This document shows, one piece after another, positions 18,638 through 29,700 of a stretch of 64,000 bases of DNA (position 1 is its first letter; every line of letters begins with the position of its first letter). The notes under the pieces were generated by a model. The model had not been told where the DNA came from. It worked only from the letters and a program-made list of their open reading frames with translations, and did not search any database. This stretch comes from Planctomycetota bacterium (GTDB taxonomy: Bacteria; Planctomycetota; UBA8108; SXIK01). Both the position numbers and the translations under genes were made by a program. The stretch spans positions 768,001-832,000 of the forward strand of contig CBDCXR010000004.1 in the NCBI GenBank assembly GCA_965223845.1. The letters are read 5' to 3'.

Positions 18638-20275
18638 CTACGCCAGCTGCGCGACACTCTCGGGCGAATGGCACTGATCGAACGTCAGCCCCATCAGCTC
18701 GGCGAGGCTTTCGAGCTGGAAGGGCTTCGCGAGGAATCCGTGCGCGGCGCGAACGAGGGACTCGTGTTCGGCCGTCGGCGGGCGTCCGGACGTCAAGATC
18801 ACCCGCGGCGGCGACTCGAGCTGCTGAAAGCGAGTCAGCGAGGACATCGTATCGCCGCGTCCCTGCAAATAGAGATCGACGATCGCGTAGTCGAAGGGAT
18901 CGATGGCGCACGCTTCGATCGCAGGCTCGAGGCGAGAGCAGCACTCCACGTTGTGCGCCCGGAGGAAATGATGGAGGCAGTCTCGAGTTGCCGCGTCGTC
19001 ATCGACGACCACGATACGGAGCGGGCGGTCGAGGGGCTTCGCGACGCGGGCCTTACGGGTGGAGCGGGCCGGTCGCTTCCCGGACGCCTCCAGCGCAGCT
19101 GGAGAAGGTGGCGGAAACACAACGGCGAACGTCGCCCCTTCGCGGTCGTCTTCGTCGACGAGCTCGATCGTGCCGCCACAACTCTGAACGATGTTGTAGG
19201 AGACCGAAAGTCCGAGGCCCGTTCCGGTCTCCTCGTCGCTCCCGCGCGGGCCCTTCGTCGTGAAGAACGGGTCGAAGATGCGGATCCGGTTTTCGCGCGC
19301 GACGCCGCAACCATTGTCCGCGACACGAAGGACGACCGAGCCGGGCGCTTCTCCGTGCTCGAGTGAGATGCGGATGAGTCCGGTCCCGCGATCTACCGCG
19401 TGGAGCGCGTTGATCATCAAATTGAGGATGACTTCCTGGAGCTTCGCCGCACCGATGCCGACGTGGCCGAGGTTCTCCGCGATGTCGCTTACGACGCGCA
19501 CGGAGCGAGTCTCGACCTCACGGTGAAGCAGTCGGATGCAATCCTGCACGACCTCGCACGGGTCGCAGGTCGCGTGGTCGTCCGCGTGCTGATTGTAGGT
19601 CGCGAGGCTGCGCGTGAGATCCATCGCGCGTTCCGCCTGAGTGAGCGTGACGCGCACAAACTCTTCGGCGTACGCCCGGTCGCGCGACGCGAGCTGCGCG
19701 TATGCCGCGATTCCGCCCAGGATGTTGTTGAACTCGTGGGCGACACCGGAGGCGAGGAGTCCGATCGTCGCCATCTTTTCCGATCGCACGAGATCGCTCT
19801 GGCTCTTCACGAGCTGGCGATTGCGCTCTTCCAGATGGTCCGTGAGGGCCTTCATACGGAGAAACGTAGCCGTGCGCGCGAGCAGCTCCGGCACTTGGAA
19901 CGGCTTTCTCACGTAGTCGTCGGCGCCGGCTTCGAAGCCCTCGACGCAGTGATCGACCGAAGCGCGTCCGGTCACGAGAATGACGCGGATGTTGCGCGTT
20001 GCTGGATCGCCCTTAAGGGCGCGGCAAACTTCGATTCCGTTCTTCTTCGGCATCATGACATCGAGAAGGACCAGATCGGGCTGCTCTCGCCGCGCGAGCT
20101 CCAGGCCTTCGTCGCCGTCCGCCGCTTCGGAGAGGCGATACCCCTGCCGGGACAGGATCCGATGCAGGATGCGACGAATGTCTCGATTGTCGTCGACGAC
20201 GAGCACGTGCGATCCGCGAATATCGAGTTCGGGATCGTTCGCGCTCATCTCGGAAGAGACGGAATCGGGGCTCAT
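18638..20275 (-). CDS. Cytoplasmic hybrid histidine kinase (REC-HisKA-HATPase-REC)
   Basis: VLVVDD/LLDVMMP/DYVRKP receiver; H-box AHEFNN; N-box NLMINA; DNGCG; FDPFFTTK; GTGLGLS; second receiver VVVDDD..KPF; start may be 20248. Confidence 0.92.
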   Translation of the reverse strand: MSPDSVSSEMSANDPELDIRGSHVLVVDDNRDIRRILHRILSRQGYRLSEAADGDEGLELARREQPDLVLLDVMMPKKNGIEVCRALKGDPATRNIRVILVTGRASVDHCVEGFEAGADDYVRKPFQVPELLARTATFLRMKALTDHLEERNRQLVKSQSDLVRSEKMATIGLLASGVAHEFNNILGGIAAYAQLASRDRAYAEEFVRVTLTQAERAMDLTRSLATYNQHADDHATCDPCEVVQDCIRLLHREVETRSVRVVSDIAENLGHVGIGAAKLQEVILNLMINALHAVDRGTGLIRISLEHGEAPGSVVLRVADNGCGVARENRIRIFDPFFTTKGPRGSDEETGTGLGLSVSYNIVQSCGGTIELVDEDDREGATFAVVFPPPSPAALEASGKRPARSTRKARVAKPLDRPLRIVVVDDDAATRDCLHHFLRAHNVECCSRLEPAIEACAIDPFDYAIVDLYLQGRGDTMSSLTRFQQLESPPRVILTSGRPPTAEHESLVRAAHGFLAKPFQLESLAELMGLTFDQCHSPESVAQLA

Positions 20276-20409
20276 CGGCTTCCCTGGGCTGGCCGCCGTC
20301 GTGACGGCGATGGAGTCGACTCGAGGTTGCTGTTCGGAGGATACGATGCGCGTGTGGACCCGACCCAGCGTGTGCCCGATAAGCTGCGGCGGGGCGCGTC
20401 GGGAACGAA

Positions 20410-21348
20410 TCAGCCGAGGTCGTCGACGAGGGCCGAAAACTCCGGCGGAAGCGGCGCCGCGAGCGCCACGTCCGATTTCCAGCGCGGGTGATGGAACCGC
20501 AGCGCGCGAGCGTGGAGTAGAAAACGGTCCGGAAAACCCGAACCGCCGCTCCGACCTCCGTAGCGAGTGTCGCCGACGATCGGATAGCCGGCCGCCGCGA
20601 GGTGAATTCGAATCTGGTTCTGGCGACCCGTTTTCGGCTCGCAGGCGAGAAGGGTGAAGTCGCGCAGACGGGCGATGACGCGGACCCGCGTCGTCGCCGA
20701 CTTCAGCTGCTCGTGCTCGAGCGAGGAGCGGAGGCAGCGCCCCTCGCCGATCGGAATTTCGATCGCCGCCCGATCGTCCGGGAATCGACCGGGAACCAGA
20801 GCGAGATACTCCTTCTCGACGAGACGGTTCTCGAACTGGTATTGCACCTTCTTGTGGCAGTACGGATCCTTCCCGACAACGAGCAGTCCCGTCGTGTCGC
20901 GGTCGAGTCGATGGCAGAGACGCGGCGTTACGCGCTCCCCGTCTTCCGTTTGCGCGTCTCGGTAGCGGTGGTGGAGGTAGTTCATGAGAGTGTCGTACAC
21001 GTGGCGACCGACCGGGTGAACGAGGATGCCCGGTGGCTTGTTGACGACGACCAGCCAACGATCCTCGTAGACGACGTCGATCTCGTGCGCGTCGTAGTCT
21101 TCCGGTACGCCAACGCCGCGAGAGAGGTGAAGCGTGACGAGGTCACCGCAGCGAATCTTGCGCGAGGCCTTCGATGGTTCTCCGTTGACTGCGACGTGCC
21201 CGCCCGAGATAGCCTTTTGAATGCGAGTGCGCGACTTCCACTCGAGGTTTTCCCGTAAGAATCGATCGAGACGCTGCGGCTCGGCCGCGCGCGCCTCGAT
21301 CGTGATCCGGTCGCGCGGACTGGAAAGATCTCGTCCACGTCCGATCAC
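20410..21348 (-). CDS. RluA/RluD-family pseudouridine synthase with S4 domain
   Basis: RLDRFL..SRTRIQKAI..V.VNG (S4); VNKPPG, HRLDRDTTG catalytic motif, TGRQNQIRIH, PIVGD..YG, LHA; GTGA overlap. Confidence 0.92.
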   Translation of the reverse strand: MIGRGRDLSSPRDRITIEARAAEPQRLDRFLRENLEWKSRTRIQKAISGGHVAVNGEPSKASRKIRCGDLVTLHLSRGVGVPEDYDAHEIDVVYEDRWLVVVNKPPGILVHPVGRHVYDTLMNYLHHRYRDAQTEDGERVTPRLCHRLDRDTTGLLVVGKDPYCHKKVQYQFENRLVEKEYLALVPGRFPDDRAAIEIPIGEGRCLRSSLEHEQLKSATTRVRVIARLRDFTLLACEPKTGRQNQIRIHLAAAGYPIVGDTRYGGRSGGSGFPDRFLLHARALRFHHPRWKSDVALAAPLPPEFSALVDDLG

Positions 21349-22250
21349 GACGGCGACTCCTCGACGCGTTCGGGGGCTCTCGGCCCGGCGAGCGACGGAT
21401 AGACATCGACGAGAGACCTCGGCGCGGGCGGTGGCGTCCCGCCGAGCATGCGAACGAGCTGGAGCGCGTTCGCGACCGCCTGCCCGCGAAAGTGATTGTT
21501 CGCGATCACGTAGGTCGAGAGCGCGCGCGCCGCGACGCGCTCGACGGCGCGAGCGATCGTCCCGAGCTCGGAAACCGAGTAGAGATAGTCGTACTTCTCG
21601 TCTCGCGACGATTCGCGCGAGAACCACGCGCGGTGATTCCGGCCGTGGAGCCGGAAGTAGCCGACGGAGGAAGTATTGACGGAGCTCAGCGACGGTGCGG
21701 TTCGCGCTCGAGGGAGATCGATATTCACGAACCCGACTCCGATGTCTTCGAAGAACGGAAGCGCGCCCCCGCGGGAAGTCGAAACGAACGACGTGTGCCG
21801 AACCTCGACGAAAACGGGAAGCGGCGCGAGCTCGGAGGCGATCGCGCGGATGCGCTCGCGGTTCGCGCTCGAGTCTTCGAAGTACCAGGGAAACTGAACG
21901 AGGATCCCGCCCAGACGACTCGCCCGAGAAATCGGCTCGAGCCCGTCGCGAAACCGCGCGCACTCCGCGACGATCTCGGCCGCGACGGATTCGCGCGTGT
22001 GCGTAAGTGAGCGCGGCGCCTTCAGAGTGAAGGTGAATCCTGGATGATCGGCAACCGCCTCCGTCCAACGCTCGGCGTCGCTCGACGCCAGACCGCCATA
22101 AAACGTCCGGTTGACTTCGACACAATCGAAGAGCGCCGCGATCGCGCGGAGCGGCGCCGGCCCGCGGGAACCCGAAGGGTAGACGGTCCCCTCCCAGTCT
22201 GGGTACGACCAGCCCGCCGTTCCGACCCGAACGCCCGGTGCAGGCGACAT
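21345..22250 (-). CDS. DUF72 (YecE) family protein
   Basis: VGTAGWSYPDW, VEVNRTFY, KAPRSLTH, LVQFP, EVRH, YFRLHGRN, YDYLYS, NNHFRGQAVANA; start may be GTG 22262. Confidence 0.92.
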   Translation of the reverse strand: MSPAPGVRVGTAGWSYPDWEGTVYPSGSRGPAPLRAIAALFDCVEVNRTFYGGLASSDAERWTEAVADHPGFTFTLKAPRSLTHTRESVAAEIVAECARFRDGLEPISRASRLGGILVQFPWYFEDSSANRERIRAIASELAPLPVFVEVRHTSFVSTSRGGALPFFEDIGVGFVNIDLPRARTAPSLSSVNTSSVGYFRLHGRNHRAWFSRESSRDEKYDYLYSVSELGTIARAVERVAARALSTYVIANNHFRGQAVANALQLVRMLGGTPPPAPRSLVDVYPSLAGPRAPERVEESPS

Positions 22251-22258
22251 CGAGCCGT

Positions 22259-22741
22259 TCACTCCGGGGCCCCCTCCGCCGGTCGCGGGGCGTTCGGCGT
22301 CGCGAACACACGAACGAACGGGACGTACTCCCAGGCGTAGCCCACCCGATCCGCCGCCCGGCGCAGCCGGTCGTAGAGCTCTCCGTAGAGCGCCTCGAGC
22401 TCGTCCCGATAACGCTCGTCGCAGAAGTAGGTCCGGCACCCGAGAGGACGCCGCTCCCGCTCGGTGCACACCCCCCCGCGCCAGAACGGGCAGAGCTCTC
22501 CGTCTCCAGCGGGATCCGGCGAGTGCTTCTCCCGAATGTAGTCGACCTCGGCCGAGCTCGCGTAGAGGTGATGATCGGCCCGGCGAAAGTCGCAGCAGAT
22601 TCCGCGCACCCAGCACGCGACGCCGATCTCGGCGACGCGGCGATCGGCTTCGGCGTAGATCGACTCGAGCTCCCGCCGAAGCGCGTCGGGAAGGAGCCGC
22701 GGGGGCGGAGGTGCCGGAGGGCTGGACTGCACGGAGCTCAT
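22259..22741 (-). CDS. Cysteine-cluster protein (YkgJ/CxxCxxCC-like, putative Fe-S or Zn binding)
   Basis: CWVRGICC..LCPF..GVC..RPLGCRTYFC. Confidence 0.8.
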   Translation of the reverse strand: MSSVQSSPPAPPPPRLLPDALRRELESIYAEADRRVAEIGVACWVRGICCDFRRADHHLYASSAEVDYIREKHSPDPAGDGELCPFWRGGVCTERERRPLGCRTYFCDERYRDELEALYGELYDRLRRAADRVGYAWEYVPFVRVFATPNAPRPAEGAPE

Positions 22742-22916
22742 CGCCGTCAGAATACCCGATCGGTCAGCGCGCCGGCGGGCGTAAGAAGCGCGCGTTGCCG
22801 GGGGTTTCGCTCGATTCGTCCCGACGGAGCCGAGCTACGGGTAAGTGCCGACGGTCAGGATGCCGGACAAGGGTTCCGCGGCCCGCTCCGCGCGCGCGGA
22901 TTTGTAACTGTCTTCG

Positions 22917-22929
22917 AATTAAGTGCTTA
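22917..22929 (+). promoter_or_regulatory. IHF-like binding site
   Basis: AATTAAGTGCTTA, one mismatch to WATCAANNNNTTR, in an AT-rich patch about 20 nt upstream of the sigma54 motif. Confidence 0.4.
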
Positions 22930-22948
22930 GGTGATTCTCTCGGGCCGA

Positions 22949-22964
22949 TGGAACGAGCTTTGCA
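22949..22964 (+). promoter_or_regulatory. sigma54 (RpoN) -24/-12 promoter
   Basis: TGGAAC-GAGCT-TTGCA, one mismatch to TGGCAC-N5-TTGCA; intergenic and oriented toward the CHAT-secretin operon. Confidence 0.65.
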
Positions 22965-23535
22965 TTCTCGAATCGCGGCGAGCAGAGACTGGGGGCAGGT
23001 TTTTTCTACGGGCCGGTAAAGGCGGTGAGCCAAAGGTCCGATACAGTTTAGAAGATTCGATCCTCCCGGTGATCGGACGCGGTGCACCTTCGACGCGGGC
23101 GCGCAGTGTCTGGTCCGACCGGCGAGGCCTGATCGGACGACGATGCGGGCTCGGCGCCGAGCCCGGAGCGGGTCGTCCGGCCGGGCGCGCGTCGGCGGGA
23201 GGGCGGATGCGGGTGCGTCATTCGGGTGCGGGGAGAGACCGAGTGCGCCGCGAGTGCGGCGGACCGGCGGGGTACCCCAAGACGGCGCGGGGGCGAAGGT
23301 TCCCGATCTCCGTCGTAGTTCCCTGGAGCGAGCCGGTCGGCACGTTCGAAGAAGGGATACCGGGGAATTTGTTTCCCTCGGGACCGATCACGCAACCTCC
23401 GGGAAGCGTCCGGTGCTCGTCTCGATCCGCAGTTCTCCTTCCGAAGCGCATGCGATCACGTCCCGGCGGGGGACGGACCGCCGCGCTCCGGGCGGGTAGA
23501 GCCCGGAGAGTCAATCCCTCTCTTACGTCGACGCG

Positions 23536-26500
23536 ATGGGACTGCGAAGCCCGCTCAGCCAGTTTGTCGAGGACTCGAGTGCCTCCCGTTCTCGCGGGTC
23601 TCGAGCCGCGTTCGCGTTTCTCGTGATCGCCAACGCCGGTGTCCTCACCAGTTCCGCGCTCGCGGCGCCGACCGGAGCCGAGGGGCGCGGCGACGCCGCG
23701 TGGCGACGCGGCCGGCCGGCGTACATGGAGGCGCTGCGTGCGTGGGATCGACACCGCTCGATCGCCGAGCAGCTCGGCGACGGCGCGGCGCTCACTCGTT
23801 CGGGGGCCGAACGTCGACTCGTACAGATCCGCCTCCGCGACTGGTCCGGCCTCGCACCTGCGCCGCGAACGAAGCGGAGCGACCCGGTCGCGTCCTCGCC
23901 GATCGCCGTCGCCGAGCTCGAAACCCTCGCGCGGCTACTCGGCGAGGCGAGGAAGAGACACGCCCGGATCGCCGTACGGGAACCCGGAGACGAGCTTCTC
24001 CTCGCTGAAGCCGCCGCGCTCGCGCAGCGCTGGGTCGGCGACGTCCATCTTGTCGCGGCCGACAAGGAATACGTCGAGGCGCTGCGGGCGGTCGCCGGTG
24101 ACGGGCCGGAGTCGACCGCGGCCCGCGTGCGCCTTTCGCTCAAGCTTCGCCGATTCGCCGAGGCGAATGCGCTCGCGGCGGCGAACGCAGCCACTCTCGA
24201 CAAGCTCAACGGCAAGGACCTTGTCGACCATCTGCGGAACCTTCAGACTCTCGCCCGGCTCGACGGTCGCACACGTGAGGTCGCAGCGCTCTCTCAGCGA
24301 ATCGTTCGCGCCGGGGGAACCGCCGAAGAACGCGCACTTCCGGCGCCGCGGTTCTCGCCGTTTCTCACCGCGCCCCGCGCGGATCTCGCGCGCGTCGCGC
24401 GCACCCTCCTGCGCATTGCATCGGATTCGAGCCTTCCGACGCGCGAGCTTCGCGTAGCTTCGCTCATCGCGGGGGCGGCCGCGATGGAGCTCGGCGAGTT
24501 CGCCCTCGCCGATCAGATCCTTCGCGGAGTGAGCTCGACCGGGACGGATTCTTGGCTCAGGGCATCGGTGGCCGGTCGCACCGGACTCTGCCGTCTCGAG
24601 CTCGGCGACTACGAGGGTGCGCTCCACTCTCTGTCGGCGGCGAGTGATGCGGTCGGCTCCGTGCGTGGTGTGCGCGAGCTCGACCTCCGCCTCGAGCTCG
24701 CGCGCGCTCGCGCGCAGCTCGGACTCGGGCAGCTCGAAGCCGCGCGACAGGCGGCGTTCGGAGTCCTGAGTGCGAGCCGAGCGACCCCGCGGCTCAAGGT
24801 GGACGCGCGACTTTTGCTCGCGGCCGTCCTCTACGAAGACGCGCGCGAGGCGCCGCGTCTCGTTCCCGATGTGCGGAGCGCTCACCGCGCCGTCGAGCGT
24901 GAGCTCGCCGCGCGAGACGACTGGCCGAAGGTCGAGCGCGTCGAGATCGAGACGGCGCTCGCCGTCGGACGCGCGAACACTCACCGTCTCGAGCTCATCC
25001 ACTTGGGTGCCCGTGCGACGCCGGCGCAGATCGCTGAGCATCGGCGCGCCGCGATCGCGCTTCAGGACGAAGCGATGCGAAAGGCGAACGACGCCGGACT
25101 CTTCCGTCTCGCCGCCGTCGCGGCGGCGAATCTCGGCGAGCTCTACGTCGAGAGCGGAGATCAGAAGGCGGCGGAGCGCTTCGTGCGCTGGGCCCTCGAG
25201 CGTGCGCGCGAACATCGTCAGTTCGAGACCGAGTGGCGTTGCCACTGGTATCTCGGGCGAATCGCCTCGGCGCGAGGCGAAGACGCTCGAGCGGAGGAAT
25301 CCTTCGCGCGAGCACTCAAGCTCGTCGAGTCCTACCGCTCGCGTGTGCTCGACTTCGAGCGACGGAGCGGATTCCTCAGCGACAAGGCGTCGCTGTACCG
25401 CGATCTCGTGGCGCGTCGCATCGCTGCCGGCGATGCAGCGGGCGCGCTCGGACTCGCGGAGCGCGCCAAGGCGCGGGCGCTCGTCGAATCGATCGGATGG
25501 CGTTACGTCAGATTCTCGGATCCCGCCGATCGTGCGGTCTACACCCAATTCGTCGATCTCCTCGGTCAAGCGGAGCGAGCACGGCGGGGCGGTGCCACCG
25601 CGCTTTTCGGCGCCCCGTCGAAACCTGCGAGCTACGATTCCATCCGCAGTCGCCTCGATGCGCTGAAGGAGGATCTCCGGCGGCGGGCGCGTGACAATCC
25701 GGCGCTCGCGGCTCTCGTCGACGGTCAGCCGCTCTCGAGCGCGGAGATCCGGGCATTCATCCCGAAGAATACCGTTCTCGTCGAATACTTCGCCGTTACG
25801 GACGGACTCGTCGCCTTCCTCGTCGATCGCGAATCGGTCGCGGCCGTTCCCATCGATGTCCGCAGCGATGCTCTCCGCGCTGAAGTGTCGGCGTTCGTTC
25901 GCGGCGGCGCCGCGGACGGGGAGCGCGCGCGTCGTCTCTACGGTTGGCTCGTCGCACCGCTCGCGTCGCGGCTCAGCGCGGAGTCGGTCGTCATCGTTCC
26001 GTACGGACCGCTCCACCAGCTCCCGTTCGAGACTTTGATCGGTCCACGCGGACCGCTCGTCCGCGAGTTCGAGCTCAGCTACCTTCCCGCCGCGAGCCTA
26101 CTGCGGTTCCGCGCGTCGGCCGCCGAGTGCGATCCCGAATCGCTCCGGCTCTTCGCTGTCGTCGATCCGGTTACGGACTACGACGGCGACGGCGAGCGCG
26201 ATCTCCCGAGTCTTCCCGGCGCGCGGAAGGAGGTCGAAGGATTCGCGTGGCGATTCGGGGACCGGACGGAAATCCTCGCGGGCGCGGCCGCTCTCGAGCC
26301 GGCGTGCGTCGAGGGCGCCGGCGATCACAACGTGATCCACTACGCCTGCCACGGCGAGTTTTATCCAACCCGACCTTGGGATTCGCCGCTTTTCGTCGCT
26401 CCGGGAAAGAAGACCGAGCCGAGAGACGACGGGAGGCTGCGGGCGGGCGAGGTCTACGGTCTCGATCTCAGCTCGAGCTGTCTCGTCACTCTCTCGGGGT

Positions 26501-26772
26501 GCGAGACGGGGAAGAACGAAGTACGGCCGGGCGACGACCCGGTGAGTCTCTCGACCGCGTTTCTCCACTCCGGTGCGAGCTCTCTGCTCGTCAGTCTTTG
26601 GAAAGTCGAGGACGAGGCGACGGCCGAATTGATGAAGCGGTTTTACTCGAAGTGGATCGGCGAAAAGAAGTCGAAGGCGCGAGCGCTGCGCGAAGCGAAG
26701 ACGGAGCTATCGATGGGCGCGTACCGCCACCCACGCCAGTGGGGGGCCTTCATTCTGATTGGTGAACCATGA
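23536..26772 (+). CDS. TPR + CHAT (caspase-like, clan CD) protease with predicted signal peptide
   Basis: AAFAFLVIANAGVLTSSALA-A signal-like; TPR helices; AERAKARAL; LVEYF; IVPYGPLHQLPFETL; catalytic HYACHG and LSGCETG; SLWKVEDEAT; HPRQWGAF. Confidence 0.92.
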   Translation: MGLRSPLSQFVEDSSASRSRGSRAAFAFLVIANAGVLTSSALAAPTGAEGRGDAAWRRGRPAYMEALRAWDRHRSIAEQLGDGAALTRSGAERRLVQIRLRDWSGLAPAPRTKRSDPVASSPIAVAELETLARLLGEARKRHARIAVREPGDELLLAEAAALAQRWVGDVHLVAADKEYVEALRAVAGDGPESTAARVRLSLKLRRFAEANALAAANAATLDKLNGKDLVDHLRNLQTLARLDGRTREVAALSQRIVRAGGTAEERALPAPRFSPFLTAPRADLARVARTLLRIASDSSLPTRELRVASLIAGAAAMELGEFALADQILRGVSSTGTDSWLRASVAGRTGLCRLELGDYEGALHSLSAASDAVGSVRGVRELDLRLELARARAQLGLGQLEAARQAAFGVLSASRATPRLKVDARLLLAAVLYEDAREAPRLVPDVRSAHRAVERELAARDDWPKVERVEIETALAVGRANTHRLELIHLGARATPAQIAEHRRAAIALQDEAMRKANDAGLFRLAAVAAANLGELYVESGDQKAAERFVRWALERAREHRQFETEWRCHWYLGRIASARGEDARAEESFARALKLVESYRSRVLDFERRSGFLSDKASLYRDLVARRIAAGDAAGALGLAERAKARALVESIGWRYVRFSDPADRAVYTQFVDLLGQAERARRGGATALFGAPSKPASYDSIRSRLDALKEDLRRRARDNPALAALVDGQPLSSAEIRAFIPKNTVLVEYFAVTDGLVAFLVDRESVAAVPIDVRSDALRAEVSAFVRGGAADGERARRLYGWLVAPLASRLSAESVVIVPYGPLHQLPFETLIGPRGPLVREFELSYLPAASLLRFRASAAECDPESLRLFAVVDPVTDYDGDGERDLPSLPGARKEVEGFAWRFGDRTEILAGAAALEPACVEGAGDHNVIHYACHGEFYPTRPWDSPLFVAPGKKTEPRDDGRLRAGEVYGLDLSSSCLVTLSGCETGKNEVRPGDDPVSLSTAFLHSGASSLLVSLWKVEDEATAELMKRFYSKWIGEKKSKARALREAKTELSMGAYRHPRQWGAFILIGEP

Positions 26773-29700
26773 AAATCTCGCGATGGACTGCACCTTGGAT
26801 CGAGTTCACGTCGCCGCGGGACCGGCGTCTCCCGACGGCGGTCTTTTCCCGCGCGCTGGTCGCGTGTGGAATCGGAATCGTTCTCGGTGCCGCGACGAGC
26901 TGCCGTTCGACGTCGGAACCAGAGCCTGATCTGACGGGCGCGATGCTCGGCGCGGCGGAACGAGAGCGCGCTGCGGATCTGGACGCCCCCTCGTCCCCTG
27001 ACGAACCGCGTCCGCCGATCGTTGCGATCGAGAGCGACGGCATCGGCGGCGACGGGGCTGGCGACCAAGAGGCCGCCGAAGCATTCCTTCGTGAGACGAA
27101 GCGCGACGCAGCGAGCGAGGAAGACGCGATTCGGCGCGAGCTCGAGCGGATGCAGTCGCAGCTCGCGCGCGCCGGCACGCCGGATGAGGTCGAGCACGCG
27201 GATGCGCCGGGCTCCGACGGCGCGGCCGACTCGCCGCCAACGCCCGCCGCGGATGCGACGCTCAACCTCGACGACGCGGATCGTCTGCTCGCGAAGGCCG
27301 GTGGGATCGAAGGCCTTCCAGCCGGCGACGCAGCGGAGCCGAAAGCGCCGGAACCCGTACCGCCGGAAGTCCCCGCTCCGCCGTCGAACGACCCGCCGCC
27401 TACGTTGCGGTCGGGGAGCGCGGAGGGCGAGGCTGCGCCGAACGGGGCCGCGAGTGCGCCGCCGCCTCCGCCACCGGCCGAAGGCGCGGCGCCACCCGCG
27501 GAGAGCACGGGCGAAGAACAACCCGCGAGGCCGCAGGGCTACATGGACATCGTCCAGCTCCACCAGAAGACGGCAGACGAAGTCCTGCGTTTTTTCGCGG
27601 AGAGCTTTCCGGATTGGATCGAAAAGCGCTACGTCGAGAAGGTCCCGGGGAAGGCGCGCTCCGTGCTCGTTTTCGGCGAGAAGCCGGACGATCCCACGAC
27701 GAAGCAGATCCTCGAGATGATCGACAAGTTCGATTTTCTCGAGGTGAAACCGACCGAGATGGTCATCCGCCCGCGTTACATCGAGCCCAAGGCCGCGATG
27801 GAAGCCATCACGATGCGCGGACTCGCTCATGTTTGGCTCGTGACGAAGGAAACGAAGACGGCAACGTGGGCCGTCGGAAAGACGAGCGTCTCCGCGACGC
27901 ACGAGCACAACGTCTACGCGCCGAAGGATCTCGCCGCGACGTCCGAGCCGCCGATCGAACCGCGACCGAAGATTCCGTACGTCTACGAGCTTCCCGAGCC
28001 GCCTTCGTTCACCGTGCCCAAGGAGTACTCTGGGCGGTCGGCGGGCGACCGGACGCTCGTCGACTTCACGAACATGTCGTCGACGGAGCAGCGCGGCGCG
28101 TTCGTCGCCGTCGGAACCGAGGAAGACATCGCGGCGATCGAGGCCTTCGTCGCGGAGATCGACCAGCCGGCACGTCTCATCATGATCGAGGTGCAGGTCG
28201 TCGAGCTCGACGCCAACAAGTTCCTCGACCTCGGCATCGACTCCGTCGGCTTCGGCCAGGGACACACGCTCGGGTCGATCTCGCTTCCGCTTCCCGGTGA
28301 GCCGATCGTCCAACCCGGTCTCGGCGATACCGTCCGCCGAAGCGCCGATATCTTCGTGCCGCCGATTACCCAGGAGGGCTTCGGTCTAATCTTCGACGAC
28401 ACGTCGATCGATCTCTCGGGACGCTTCCTCGGAAACATCCACGCGCTCGTTCGCGAGGGCGACGCCACCGTGAAGGCGCGACCGAAGATTTTGACTCTCG
28501 ACGGGCGAACGAGCGTTCTCCATATCGGGCAGGAGGTGCCGACCTTCCGTTCGACGGGGGTGACCCGCGACTCGACCGAGGGCAATCTCATCAGCGAGAT
28601 CAACGAGGTCGCCAAGGAGTACGTCGGCTTTACGCTCAACATCCGGCCTCGAGTGACCGGCGGATCCACCGAGGAGGTCGCCCTTCAGCTCGAGGTGATC
28701 GCGAATCAGCTCGGCGAGCGACAACGCGTGTTCGAGCAGGACCTCCTCGGAATCCCGACGATCAACCGGAAGCACTACATCGGGGAGACAAGAGTCAAGA
28801 ATCACCGCCCGATCGTCCTCGGCGGGTTGATCCAGGAGACCGAGGTCGAGTCGGTGAACAAGATCCCGCTCCTCGGCGACATTCCTCTCCTCGGCTACCT
28901 CTTTCGGCGAACCCAGAAATCGCGAGCGCGAAACGAGGTAATCTTCGTCGTGACGCCGCACGTCCTGTCGCAGAAGGGCGTCGATCGCGCGGCGACCCCG
29001 AAGGAGAGCCCGATCTTCGATACCTTCGACAGCGCGCTCTTCAACGACAAGCACATCATCAAGGGCCGGGACGTCCTCGGAATCGATCCGATCACCGGGA
29101 ACCCGGCGGAGGTCGAAGGCCGTCCGTTTACAGAAAAAGACGTCGTCGATCTGACGCTCCTCAACATCATCAAGCAGCGTGAGCTCGTGAAGAAGCTCGG
29201 CATCCTCGACGATTACCTCGGCGACTCGACGACCGAGCTCAGTTGGGTTCAGCGCACGTGGCCGGAGCGGACGGTGAAGTGGTGGTCCGAGCGCGATCAG
29301 GAAGTGTACTTCCGCGCGGCGGCGATCGTGCTCGAGAACGTCAAGGAGTTGAATCCCGATCTCGACTACGACGAGCTGGTTCTCCCGCGGCGCGAGATCG
29401 TTCTCCCGACGACACCGTTCCGGATCAGTCTCAGCTACGATCGCGTCAAGTCGCTCCAGAATCTCAGCAAGCCGATCCTCCGCGGACAGCGAGTCGAGCT
29501 CAGCGAGTCTACGCTCATCCTCCTCCGCGAGGCGGGAGGAAAGAGTCTCCGCGACTTCGCAGATTTTCTCGCCGCGCGCGAGCGAGCCGCAGAGGACCAC
29601 GCCGAGCTCATCGTCGAGCTGAATCGACTCTACCACAGCCTGTATCCCGCGAGCGATGCGCTCGGCGCACTCGCGTACCCGGACGTTTTCCGCGAGCTCT

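Noticed and set aside
23536-26772. Craspase or gasdermin system
   Set aside because: No Cas7-11, CRISPR array or gasdermin-like ORF nearby, and this CHAT has an export signal
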